IMG/VR virus record: IMGVR_UViG_3300033074_000806
Location: 66,588-130,587 of that record
Source: a virus
Lineage: Duplodnaviria; Caudoviricetes
Strand: one strand, 5' to 3'
DNA length: 64,000 nucleotides
Numbering within the stretch: the stretch's first letter is position 1; every line of letters begins with the position of its first letter. Shown here in pieces: positions 42,363 through 51,257 of the stretch. The notes below the pieces were generated by a model. It was not told the origin of the DNA and did no database searches. It worked only from the letters and a program-made list of their open reading frames with translations. Made by a program: the position numbers and the translations under genes.

Positions 42363-43147
42363 ATTTTTAGTAGTGGTGAGAAATTGTTAAGATCAAATAA
42401 TTGACTCCGAATGTAACCATCAACAATTTGATTGTCATGTATAGATTTTAGCGCTCTATTACAGTAATTAGCATCGGCTACTGGATCAACTTCTACGTTA
42501 AGATTAAACGCAGCAACTATATCAGAAACCAATTCAAACTTACTTACTATGTTAGAATGAACATGTCTAACTCCTCGCCAAAAGTTTTTTGTATTTATCA
42601 TATTATTGATATACTCTGCAAGCTTTAAGCATGTTACTCCATTCCAGTAGTGGTTAGTATATCCTTTTATTTTAAGGCCTCCACAGGACTTTACCCATTC
42701 GATTAGTGAGTATTTATTTTTTAATTCTTCTCCAATTATAGAAGTTCTTATTGCAGTCAGTTGATCTATCTCCCCTAGATATTTAGACTTACCATATAGG
42801 TCAGCAGCATCTGAGGGAGATTGTTCAGAATAGGGCTCTGATGTTTTACCAGAGAAAACACAATCTGTGCTTATATGAATCATTTGTTTATCATGATTCA
42901 AGCAGAGTTCTTGCAGCTCCCACGGTAGCAGGGAGTTAATTTTTATAGTTTCAACTGGTCCTATTTTTGATACTCTTGGTTTTATAACGCCAACACAATT
43001 AATTAGAACATCATAATCTGCTATGTGATCATTAATTTGTTCTTTTCTAATATCTAATACTTTTAAATTGTGGGCAGTTTTATGCTTAAAGAATGCCTTT
43101 ATGTAAGAGCCTAGCATTCCATTTCCTCCTAATAAGAGGATGTTCAT
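42359..43147 (-). CDS. rmlD: dTDP-4-dehydrorhamnose reductase-like SDR
   Basis: GGNGMLG, INCVG, HISTDCVFSG, YGKSKYLGE, RTSIIG; start at ATG 43147 via ATGA overlap. Confidence 0.85.
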   Translation of the reverse strand: MNILLLGGNGMLGSYIKAFFKHKTAHNLKVLDIRKEQINDHIADYDVLINCVGVIKPRVSKIGPVETIKINSLLPWELQELCLNHDKQMIHISTDCVFSGKTSEPYSEQSPSDAADLYGKSKYLGEIDQLTAIRTSIIGEELKNKYSLIEWVKSCGGLKIKGYTNHYWNGVTCLKLAEYINNMINTKNFWRGVRHVHSNIVSKFELVSDIVAAFNLNVEVDPVADANYCNRALKSIHDNQIVDGYIRSQLFDLNNFSPLLKI

Positions 43148-43557
43148 CTTTGAATTATTTTCCATACATCTGTGTTAAAAAAATCAACGTCTTTTCTGAA
43201 GTCATCTGCCATCGATTCTTCGACGGTAGAGCATGATAACACTAATAATTGTGTATCATCTGTAAGACTCATCCAGCCATTATAATTACCTGGCGGTATT
43301 TCCAATACTGTACCATTAGGGCTTAGGACTACTCTCTTTATTTCATTACTTGAAATATCTAGTGGCCTATAACAGACAATTGCGGCGCCTGATATACAAG
43401 TAATATACTTGCGTTCATGTGCATGGCCGTGCCATGCTCTAATAAAATTAGCTTTATGGTTTCCTACAATATAAAATCTTTTTACCCCTTCTAGCTTTAT
43501 ATTATTATTGAATAATATATGGCCGCGGTCGTCTGTTATTTTAGATCCTAGCTGCAT
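43144..43557 (-). CDS. Cupin NDP-sugar 3,5-epimerase/isomerase (RmlC/FdtA-like)
   Basis: DDRG, RAWHGH..E, LEIPPGNYNG. Confidence 0.75.
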   Translation of the reverse strand: MQLGSKITDDRGHILFNNNIKLEGVKRFYIVGNHKANFIRAWHGHAHERKYITCISGAAIVCYRPLDISSNEIKRVVLSPNGTVLEIPPGNYNGWMSLTDDTQLLVLSCSTVEESMADDFRKDVDFFNTDVWKIIQR

Positions 43558-44524
43558 GTTTATTTAGTTCCTTTAAATATGCTACATTAGAATAAATAGC
43601 ATTATTAACGTTCTTTATTCTATTCTGTTTAATGGTATCTACTATTTCTTTTATGCCGTCTTCTAAAGAATATTGTGGAGCCCATCCTGCGTCTTTTATT
43701 TTCTCTGAAGAGACCCTATAGTTTCTAGCATCTTCAAACTTAATATCAATTAATTCAATTTCAGAACCTGGACAGATTTCTATTATCTTGGCAGCTAGAT
43801 CCGCTATGTTGTAGTTTTTCATGCTAAGATTATATACACCTGTAGGAATTAGGCCATCAATAGCCTGTAGTGTGGCTGTGGCTACGTCTTTAACGTGTAG
43901 TAATGGACGCCATTGTTGGCCGCCATACACTGTTAGCTTCTCCCCTCTAGCTGCTCTACAAGCGAGCACATTAGCTACTAGGTCCAGTCTAATTCTAGAA
44001 TAGGTATCGCCCATTCCAAATAGAGTCCCTAATCTAAAGATTACATAGTTGTTGTGGTTTTGGACTATATACTTTTCAGCTTCCAACTTAGTTTCAGCAT
44101 ATAAAGATAGCGGGTTAGTAGGACTAGATTCGTCTAATAGCTCATTGTTCATCCCGTAGACTGAACACGTAGAAGGAAATATAATCTTACCTTTATAAGT
44201 ATCAACTAATTTCTTAACTGAATCAACGTTAATAGCTCTAGTCTGAACTGGATCAATAGCACAAGCGCCGTCTCCAACTATGCCAGCAAGCCATATGATA
44301 GTATGATATTTATTTAAATCTTTATAGATTTCTGGATCTCTAACATCCCCGTATATAAATGGAATTTCGTTTAAATATCTATCTTCATAGACTAAATTAT
44401 CTAACACTGTTATGTCTAAGTTATATACCTTTAGTAATTGTGTTATAGCGCTTCCAACATAACCAGCTCCTCCAACTATCAATTTAGATATGTTTTGACT
44501 ATCCATATTTCTTAACCTCATCAT
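43541..44524 (-). CDS. NAD-dependent NDP-sugar epimerase/dehydratase (extended SDR)
   Basis: GGAGYVGS, LAGIVGDGAC, STCSVYG, YAETK, RLGTLFG, RPLLHVKD. Confidence 0.85.
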   Translation of the reverse strand: MMRLRNMDSQNISKLIVGGAGYVGSAITQLLKVYNLDITVLDNLVYEDRYLNEIPFIYGDVRDPEIYKDLNKYHTIIWLAGIVGDGACAIDPVQTRAINVDSVKKLVDTYKGKIIFPSTCSVYGMNNELLDESSPTNPLSLYAETKLEAEKYIVQNHNNYVIFRLGTLFGMGDTYSRIRLDLVANVLACRAARGEKLTVYGGQQWRPLLHVKDVATATLQAIDGLIPTGVYNLSMKNYNIADLAAKIIEICPGSEIELIDIKFEDARNYRVSSEKIKDAGWAPQYSLEDGIKEIVDTIKQNRIKNVNNAIYSNVAYLKELNKHAARI

Positions 44525-44840
44525 TTATATAACTATTCTTTACAATTTTTTGTTCAGCTATATAATCAAATTTATGATCTATGGCCGATTTTAATCTGGA
44601 TCTTTCTATAACTAATTGGACATCTTTAATTGCAGCCTGGGCTAGAAATTCTTTATTGTCTTTGTTATGTATTACATCATCTTTAAGCTGATATAATTTT
44701 TGATTAACTATTGACAATCTATCAATTAATTCTCCAATACCAATAAGTGGATCCAATGGTCCATATTCTTTAGGGTTGCTATTTAAAGCAACCTCTATTC
44801 TAGTGTCTATTAACTCGCTTATTTTTGTGTCGAAATCCAT
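44499..44840 (-). CDS. Small helical-hairpin protein (DUF4254-like), paralog 1
   Basis: IGELIDRLSIVNQKL...RSRLKSAID. Confidence 0.55.
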   Translation of the reverse strand: MDFDTKISELIDTRIEVALNSNPKEYGPLDPLIGIGELIDRLSIVNQKLYQLKDDVIHNKDNKEFLAQAAIKDVQLVIERSRLKSAIDHKFDYIAEQKIVKNSYINDEVKKYG

Positions 44841-45796
44841 GCTATAACCTCATCAAGAGCATCTGATAATGTCACTCTAGCTTTAAAGCCTAGTATCTTT
44901 TCTGCTTTAGATACATCTGGACATCTATATTTTACGTCATACACAAATGGCTGTGTATTGATTATTTTTAATGGTGCAGAACCATGTATCTTTTTCCATA
45001 TCTCCGTGGCTAAATCTAATACGTTTATTTGATAGTCTGTTGAGATATTAAAAGCTTGGCGACTGGCTTCTGGAGTATACATGGCGCGCCTAATACCTTC
45101 CGCTATATCACTGCCGTGTGTATAGTGTCTAACTTGATTCCCATCGCCTAAGATTTCTAGTTCGTTGTTCTTAGCGTTTAAAGCTTTTTTGACTAGATCA
45201 GGAATGACGTGCGTTAAGCTAGTTCCTACATCTTCTTCACCTATTCCAACGCAGTTAAACGGGCGGATTATTGTATAGTCTAGTCCATATTGTTCATATG
45301 CACCCTTACAATAGTATTCTGTCATCAATTTTTGCATACCATATGTAGATAATGGTGGCGGCATTACATCGTTTTCTTTACATGGAAACTGAGTTGCACT
45401 CTCATAAACCATTGAGCTAGATATATTTACAACACGCTTTATATTCTTCTTAGCTTTGTGAAGTAGTATAGCATTGTCCAATGTATTAGCCATTATTCTT
45501 TCATTAACTGAAATAAGATCATAGGCATACTTATGAAAGTATGCTATTCCTCCTATCATTGCAGCTCCTGCTATTATATAGTCAGGATCAAATGTTTCAA
45601 ATACATTTCTAATGTATTGTGGATTAGTTAGATTAAGATCAACTAATTGAAAGTTAGGGTGATCGTCATGTTCTCTGGCTATTTTTCCATACTTGGAATA
45701 GTTATCTATTCCTAATACTTTATGGTCGACTAATAGGTTCTTACAGATATAAGAGCCGATAAATCCTTGACTACCTGTTAATAATACTTTTTTCAT
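44819..45796 (-). CDS. NAD-dependent NDP-sugar epimerase/dehydratase/decarboxylase (extended SDR)
   Basis: TGSQGFIGS, SSSMVYE, YGMQK, RPFNCVG, GDGNQVR; start at ATG 45796 via ATGA overlap. Confidence 0.85.
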   Translation of the reverse strand: MKKVLLTGSQGFIGSYICKNLLVDHKVLGIDNYSKYGKIAREHDDHPNFQLVDLNLTNPQYIRNVFETFDPDYIIAGAAMIGGIAYFHKYAYDLISVNERIMANTLDNAILLHKAKKNIKRVVNISSSMVYESATQFPCKENDVMPPPLSTYGMQKLMTEYYCKGAYEQYGLDYTIIRPFNCVGIGEEDVGTSLTHVIPDLVKKALNAKNNELEILGDGNQVRHYTHGSDIAEGIRRAMYTPEASRQAFNISTDYQINVLDLATEIWKKIHGSAPLKIINTQPFVYDVKYRCPDVSKAEKILGFKARVTLSDALDEVIAWISTQK

Positions 45797-47106
45797 TTCC
45801 ACTGCTTTACAAAATCTGTTAGGGTCTTTTCAATAATGTCTATATGTGAAGTATTTATTACTTGACTAACTCCTAACATAAATAAGCTGTCAGTTATTTT
45901 ATCTGAGTTAGATAAGGAGCCTGATACTTCGCGCACTGTATCTTTATAAGCTGGATGTCTTAATAAGTTTCCACCAAATAGTAATCTAGTTTCAACTTTG
46001 TTCTTAGTAAATGCGTCAACTAAATGTTTTCTAGTAAATCTACTGCCATCTTTAATCAAGATGGGGAATGCAAATGGTGATACTTCATCTGGAAGAGTCC
46101 AGATTGTAAAGATATCTTTGTATCTATTAAAGATATTATAGAGCCTATTATAGTTGTAGACTCTCTTTTCATTAAAGCTTGGAAGCTTTTCTATCTGTTC
46201 CATTAGCATAGCAGCTTGTAACTCTAATGGTTTTAGATTATATCCAAGCCATTCATACTGGTAGTTTACTATATAGTCTTCTGGAAGCTCGCAGTTCTTG
46301 CTTAATTTAGTTGTGGGACAAAAGCTATTTGGATTAATAGATCTAATGCAACAGTTTGTTGCTGCACAATAACGTCCCCAATTTCTAAAGCCGCGCATAG
46401 TTACTTGGAGCTCATCATCGTTAGTTACTATACCGCCACCTTCTCCCATAGAGATGTGATGTGCTACATAGAAACTAAAGGTAGAAGCTTTTCCATATGC
46501 TGTGATGGGTCGGTTATTATATGTAGTCCCATAAGCGTCACAACAATCAAAAAATACTTGTATATTATTATCTCTAGCTATATCAAGTATTTCATTAATA
46601 TTGCTATTGAATCCAAGAGTGTGGGCTACAAATATACCCTTTATATCGTGATCTACTAGAGCTTCTTTTAGCTTTTCTGGTGTTAGATTTAGTGTGTTTA
46701 AATCTATATCACAGAATACAGGTATTAAATTATTGCTAATGATCGGGTTAACAGTAGTTGGAAATCCACAAGCAAGGGTTAGAATCTTATCGTTATCTTT
46801 GAAGTAGAGCTTTTTAGCTGCGCTCATTAATACTAGATTGGCTGAGCTACCTGAATTAGTTAATAGGCCGTGTCTGCGGTCACTAATCTCTGCTAGTTTA
46901 TCTTCAGCTTTATAGCTGAAAGATCCTCCAGACCACCAATTTGAAAACAAAGCATCTAGGATAGCTGTGTATTCTTTGCTATCAAAAGAAGGCCCGGCAT
47001 ATCTAACCTTCTTTAGCTTATCTTCTTCAGCTTTATTAAGCTCGGCCCATTCAGCCATTAGGCTTTTTATCAGTATCTCTAAGGAGCTTTTGTTCAAATA
47101 TTTCAT
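45793..47106 (-). CDS. rfbH: CDP-4-keto-6-deoxyglucose 3-dehydratase-like (RfbH/DdhC, DegT family)
   Basis: NSGSSANL, GFPTTVNP, AHTLG, DCCDA, SFYVAHHISMGEGG (His in place of Lys), Cys cluster after WGR, GYNLK, TRLLFGGNL. Confidence 0.85.
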   Translation of the reverse strand: MKYLNKSSLEILIKSLMAEWAELNKAEEDKLKKVRYAGPSFDSKEYTAILDALFSNWWSGGSFSYKAEDKLAEISDRRHGLLTNSGSSANLVLMSAAKKLYFKDNDKILTLACGFPTTVNPIISNNLIPVFCDIDLNTLNLTPEKLKEALVDHDIKGIFVAHTLGFNSNINEILDIARDNNIQVFFDCCDAYGTTYNNRPITAYGKASTFSFYVAHHISMGEGGGIVTNDDELQVTMRGFRNWGRYCAATNCCIRSINPNSFCPTTKLSKNCELPEDYIVNYQYEWLGYNLKPLELQAAMLMEQIEKLPSFNEKRVYNYNRLYNIFNRYKDIFTIWTLPDEVSPFAFPILIKDGSRFTRKHLVDAFTKNKVETRLLFGGNLLRHPAYKDTVREVSGSLSNSDKITDSLFMLGVSQVINTSHIDIIEKTLTDFVKQWK

Positions 47107-47299
47107 CTATACTCTCTATAAGGTAATATCTTAATTTTATTTTTGTCTCACAAAAATTTGCAGCTATGCCCTTTATAACATTAGCGTTGGTTTTATCTAG
47201 TGCAATAGAGTTACCTAGCATCCAACCGTTCCAAGTTTCTATTAGATCTTGGATAGCCTCAGAAAGTTTTAATGGTTTTGAGATGTCTGTTGATGTCAT
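47051..47299 (-). CDS. Small helical-hairpin protein (DUF4254-like), divergent paralog 3
   Basis: Aligns without gaps over 46 residues to paralog 1 (AA, R..L and ID at identical positions). Confidence 0.45.
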   Translation of the reverse strand: MTSTDISKPLKLSEAIQDLIETWNGWMLGNSIALDKTNANVIKGIAANFCETKIKLRYYLIESIDEIFEQKLLRDTDKKPNG

Positions 47300-47516
47300 T
47301 TTTATTTGCCACGTTTTCTATTTTTTGATCTAAGAACGCTATGATGGCCGATCTATTAGATACTAGACTCATCATCTTTTCATTTAGAAGCCCGACATCT
47401 TCATTGTTTTCAGCCTTATGCAGCTGATCTCTTAGATTAAAGATCTTTATGTTTTCTATAATCAGCTTATCTAGAAGCTCTCCGATTGAGAGTAATTCCA
47501 TAGTTCCTCCTCCCAA
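47259..47516 (-). CDS. Small helical-hairpin protein (DUF4254-like), paralog 2
   Basis: SIGELLDKLIIENIKIF...NRSAIIAFLD. Confidence 0.55.
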   Translation of the reverse strand: MGGGTMELLSIGELLDKLIIENIKIFNLRDQLHKAENNEDVGLLNEKMMSLVSNRSAIIAFLDQKIENVANKNDINRHLKTIKTF

Positions 47517-48190
47517 GTTGGGAGACGTTTATAATAGCTTTTAATTTTGGATAAGTCCATTAAGAATCTTCCATAGTTGTGGAAAGGTTTCTCTATCTTA
47601 TCTATAGCTCGGATATAGCGACTTTTGTCATAGTGCTTAGCTATATCTATAGCAGAAGCAGGATTATCGCATCCTAAGTTATATACATCACTTGGTAAAG
47701 TGTTGTTGAATATAGCATCTAAGCAAATCTTTTTTATCAGTTTGTTTGATGTAGGATTAAATAATACTCTATCTAGTGTTATTGTACCCTTAGTAGTTGC
47801 TATGTAGTTGAATAATTTACCTGGCTGTAAGGCCTTACCGAATAGCTTTCCTATTCTAAAGACTATACCTTTTGCTTCTAGCACCACTTGTTCAGATTCT
47901 AACTTGTGCTTACAGTATTGGTAAGCCCTAGTAGTATTTGAAAGCTCGTTACATATAGGTTCATCATCATAAACATAATATGATGAGAAGTGGATAAGAA
48001 GATGTGGGCGCTCAGAAGCTAATCTTTTTACTAAATTTAGATTAGACTCAAGTGACTCTTCTGGGTGCTGTTCGCAGTATTCTAAGCTAGATTTACCAGC
48101 ACAGTTTATAATAATATTTTTTGATACTGGCGGTAAATGTAATGAAATTTCAGATCCTAAGAATCCTTTGCTGCCTACAACTTGTATCAT
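47471..48190 (-). CDS. Second RmlD-like NDP-4-keto-sugar reductase
   Basis: GSKGFLGS, INCAG, HFSSYYVYD, YCKHKLESE. Confidence 0.7.
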   Translation of the reverse strand: MIQVVGSKGFLGSEISLHLPPVSKNIIINCAGKSSLEYCEQHPEESLESNLNLVKRLASERPHLLIHFSSYYVYDDEPICNELSNTTRAYQYCKHKLESEQVVLEAKGIVFRIGKLFGKALQPGKLFNYIATTKGTITLDRVLFNPTSNKLIKKICLDAIFNNTLPSDVYNLGCDNPASAIDIAKHYDKSRYIRAIDKIEKPFHNYGRFLMDLSKIKSYYKRLPTWEEELWNYSQSESF

Positions 48191-48930
48191 TTATACCCAG
48201 GATGAAAGTTTATTTCTGGAATGTTTCTGCTGACTTGTGATATATGGGTTGGTGGATGTGGCATGTCTAGTTCTTTTCTTTCAATAGCATCTTTCCATCC
48301 TGGCCAGCTTGTATTCCATTTTTGTTTAAAGTAATTCTCATTAAAAAAATCATTCATCGGCAATCTGTCTTTAACATCCGATGTCAATCTTTTCTCTTTA
48401 GTTTCTATATCATCCTCGTGGATGTAATAAGTATTTGGTATAGATCCAATCTGTAGTCCAGCTTCATAAGTCCTGATCATATAATCTGGATCAAAGTGTG
48501 GGCCGGACTTAAAGTTCTCGTCAAACCATCCTACTGATGGGATCATTACTTTAAGGTTAAGTCCAAAGACTGAATGATTATCAATTAATATATATGGAAC
48601 TTGATTTAGAAATTGATCTAACGCCTTGTCCCACCCTTGTTTAGTAAACACTACATCTGAACTAGCAAAGAATACATTATCTGTATTGCATAACATCATT
48701 CCTAAGTTCCAAGCTTGTGGTAGTGTCATACACTTATAGCTTTCAATGAGTTTAACTTCGCGCTCAAGCTTTGATACAGTGTATTTCAGTTTAGCTAGGT
48801 TCTCATACTCAGAAGCTGCATCAACTATTAAGAATTTTGTTGCTGGATCCGCAGTTATGTCAGCTGTTTTTACTGATTTAATAATGTTATCTGGTCTATT
48901 TTTTACAGACCAAATTAAGGTTCCACTCAT
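48187..48930 (-). CDS. Glycosyltransferase, GT-A fold (GT2-like)
   Basis: IVDAAS, AWNLG, SSDVVF, GWFDENF, DPDY..R. Confidence 0.75.
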   Translation of the reverse strand: MSGTLIWSVKNRPDNIIKSVKTADITADPATKFLIVDAASEYENLAKLKYTVSKLEREVKLIESYKCMTLPQAWNLGMMLCNTDNVFFASSDVVFTKQGWDKALDQFLNQVPYILIDNHSVFGLNLKVMIPSVGWFDENFKSGPHFDPDYMIRTYEAGLQIGSIPNTYYIHEDDIETKEKRLTSDVKDRLPMNDFFNENYFKQKWNTSWPGWKDAIERKELDMPHPPTHISQVSRNIPEINFHPGYK

Positions 48931-49736
48931 GATAGTCGCATTCCTTCTGGAACAGTTGTTTTCCAGACAGCATTATTTTTTAACATGTCATCAAAAAATG
49001 TGCTTTTTAAACCAGCTTCTTTAGCTAGTCTAGCTAGTTCACTTACATCTTTTGGTAAGCATACTCCACCGAATCCTCTTAGATTTTCATTACATTCTAA
49101 GTATAGCTGTGGTATATGCTTTTTATTTTTTACTGCATCTAAAATTTCATTATAGTCTAGTCCTAGATGCTTGCATATATCATACATGCTGTTTGTGAAT
49201 GTTACTAAGCATGCATTAAAAGCATTCAGCCAGTATTTACACAGCTCAGCTTCTGAGGCTTTCATAGTCTTTACACACTTTGGATACTTTCCATGTGACT
49301 TTACTATTATATTAATGTGAGCTGGTGCGAATACTTCTTGATGTCCTATTATTAATACATCATGTCCCTCGGTAAAGTCTACATAGGCACACCGCTCTCT
49401 TAAAAACTCTGGCACAAAGTAAATTGGCCTGTTAAACTTCGCGGCTAGTTTGTCTGTAGTTCCTACGGACACAGTTGATTTAATTACTATAACGCCCTTG
49501 TAATTTAGCTTACATAGATCTTCTATTGCCTGCTCAACTAGGGTTGTATCGCACGCGCCTGTCTTAGTGCTTGGTGTAGGTAAGCAGATATAAACTATAT
49601 CAGTTCCAATTACATCTTTTATTGATGTGCTTGATAATTTTTTATCTACTGGTATAGTCTTATATCCTAAGGCATCAAAACCTTTTTTGATAGTTCCACC
49701 TACAATACCAACTCCTATTATTCCTATGGACATCAT
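48927..49736 (-). CDS. UDP-glucose/GDP-mannose 6-dehydrogenase family, short form
   Basis: GVGIVG, ICLPTP, IKSTV, PEFLRE, AELCKY..N, GFGGVCLPKD (catalytic Cys); no C-terminal domain. Confidence 0.85.
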   Translation of the reverse strand: MMSIGIIGVGIVGGTIKKGFDALGYKTIPVDKKLSSTSIKDVIGTDIVYICLPTPSTKTGACDTTLVEQAIEDLCKLNYKGVIVIKSTVSVGTTDKLAAKFNRPIYFVPEFLRERCAYVDFTEGHDVLIIGHQEVFAPAHINIIVKSHGKYPKCVKTMKASEAELCKYWLNAFNACLVTFTNSMYDICKHLGLDYNEILDAVKNKKHIPQLYLECNENLRGFGGVCLPKDVSELARLAKEAGLKSTFFDDMLKNNAVWKTTVPEGMRLS

Positions 49737-49900
49737 TTTATTTCTTTAAAAGTATAGTGCAAGGAGGAATCACCTAAATAAAGTTGATCCATAAGTGATT
49801 CAATGTCTTCTAAATTAAATTCATTTGTTTTTATTGTGTTATAGTTTTCTAGTATCTTTACCTTATCAAGTTGATAATCTGCTTTGTATCCGTAGCTCAT
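49733..49900 (-). CDS. Small acidic hypothetical protein, 55 aa (not in ORF track)
   Basis: MSYGYKADYQLDKVKILENY...TFKEIK; ATGA overlaps with both neighbours and fills the gap exactly. Confidence 0.55.
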   Translation of the reverse strand: MSYGYKADYQLDKVKILENYNTIKTNEFNLEDIESLMDQLYLGDSSLHYTFKEIK

Positions 49901-50631
49901 GTATATGATCCTTGGTTTCTTTTAGTTTCTAAACCACCACAGTGATAGCTAATAGCATCTAAAGCTTTTAGTATCTCTACTCCTCCAGCCTTACACCTAT
50001 CAAAAAAGTCAGTGTCGCCGGTTATATTATTTGGTCCTAATATACCGCTCATTGGCCCAAATCTCTCCCATACATCTCTAGGACATATGAAGGGCATAGC
50101 ATCTAGTCTGCGCCCATAATATCTATCATCTACTAGGCAATCTTTATAAGCATAGCTTAACCAATCTGTTAGGTTAGTAAAGGCTTGCTCGTTGAATTTG
50201 CCAGGTAATGTCTCCCCAAGGTTTAGAGCAGTGTGGATGGTCGGTAATACGCCGGGTTCGATCAGCTTGCAGTTAACAATGCGGTTAGAGCGGGCATGTT
50301 TAACTAGGTTCGCGAGCCAGTTGCGAGCGAAAACATGGTCCGTAGCTATGGGGCATACAAAGTTAGAGTATTTATAACCTTCAGTATATCCAAGGTTCCA
50401 ACCCTTATATAGGTTCCAAAGGAACCCTTTACCCTCATCATACTCCATATCTACGTGCTTCCAGTTATTATCTGCTATCCACTTATAAGCTTCAGGACTA
50501 GTTTTCCAGCATATAAAAATGATATCAAATTCATCCCTAGGTAGGCCCGCGTTATTAATAGCTGACTTTACTGAGAAGTCTGCCATGTCAACAGCTTTAC
50601 CTATTTGACAATACATTACTACTTTTTTCAT
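49897..50631 (-). CDS. Glycosyltransferase, GT-A fold
   Basis: LYKGWNLG, CPIATDHVF..WL.NL, MPF, GDTDFF, SYH; paralog of 51211-51936. Confidence 0.7.
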   Translation of the reverse strand: MKKVVMYCQIGKAVDMADFSVKSAINNAGLPRDEFDIIFICWKTSPEAYKWIADNNWKHVDMEYDEGKGFLWNLYKGWNLGYTEGYKYSNFVCPIATDHVFARNWLANLVKHARSNRIVNCKLIEPGVLPTIHTALNLGETLPGKFNEQAFTNLTDWLSYAYKDCLVDDRYYGRRLDAMPFICPRDVWERFGPMSGILGPNNITGDTDFFDRCKAGGVEILKALDAISYHCGGLETKRNQGSYT

Positions 50632-51257
50632 TGCTTTATCCTGGTTATTATTATTGATCCATCTCCAGTATCTTTTACATTAAAGTAATTTATTGAGTAG
50701 TTGCTAAATGTATTATCAAATGTTTGATAGCCCATGTTTTTTATTAGATGCTTTTCATATGGGTTTGTATGCAACTCTTCTTGATAATCATAATATTTAC
50801 CCCACGGAGCTGCTGCAATTATAGCTTTATTAGCTGAATTGTATAGCTTATCAAAGGTAGATAGTAGTTTATTTTGATCCACATGCTCTGGACCATGGAA
50901 CCAACATATAATATCAAACGTTCCATTTGCAATTACCTCGTCTATTTTAGTTACATCTCCGTGTATTATTGGATACTTACCATCCTTGAACTTATCTATA
51001 TAGGGCTTAAATATTTCTAAATAAGATACTTGTATAGTTGGCTCTATTTTTTCTAGAAGGGCGGGCCAATCTAAATATTGACAATCATCAAAGCCTGTTC
51101 CAATAAATAACACTTTAGAATTTGGAAGCAAATTGTCTGCAAAAAATTTTGCATAAAATACTGTTGCTCCATTGACTCCCCAAATACAGTTAGTCAAAAA
51201 TATATCATTCTTACTCATCCATTTCTCCTTCTTGTATATGGTATACAATAGAATCAA
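50628..51257 (-). CDS. Class I SAM-dependent methyltransferase
   Basis: KVLFIGTG, YLEIF, IIHGDV, FDII..HGPEHV; true start probably at the internal MSKND. Confidence 0.7.
   Translation of the reverse strand: MILLYTIYKKEKWMSKNDIFLTNCIWGVNGATVFYAKFFADNLLPNSKVLFIGTGFDDCQYLDWPALLEKIEPTIQVSYLEIFKPYIDKFKDGKYPIIHGDVTKIDEVIANGTFDIICWFHGPEHVDQNKLLSTFDKLYNSANKAIIAAAPWGKYYDYQEELHTNPYEKHLIKNMGYQTFDNTFSNYSINYFNVKDTGDGSIIITRIKQ

Noticed and set aside
47255-47265. +1 fusion of paralog 2 to paralog 3 at TTC TGA G
   Set aside because: Paralog 3 has its own ATG and its conserved motif begins upstream of this stop; the quadruplet is TGAG, not TGAA.
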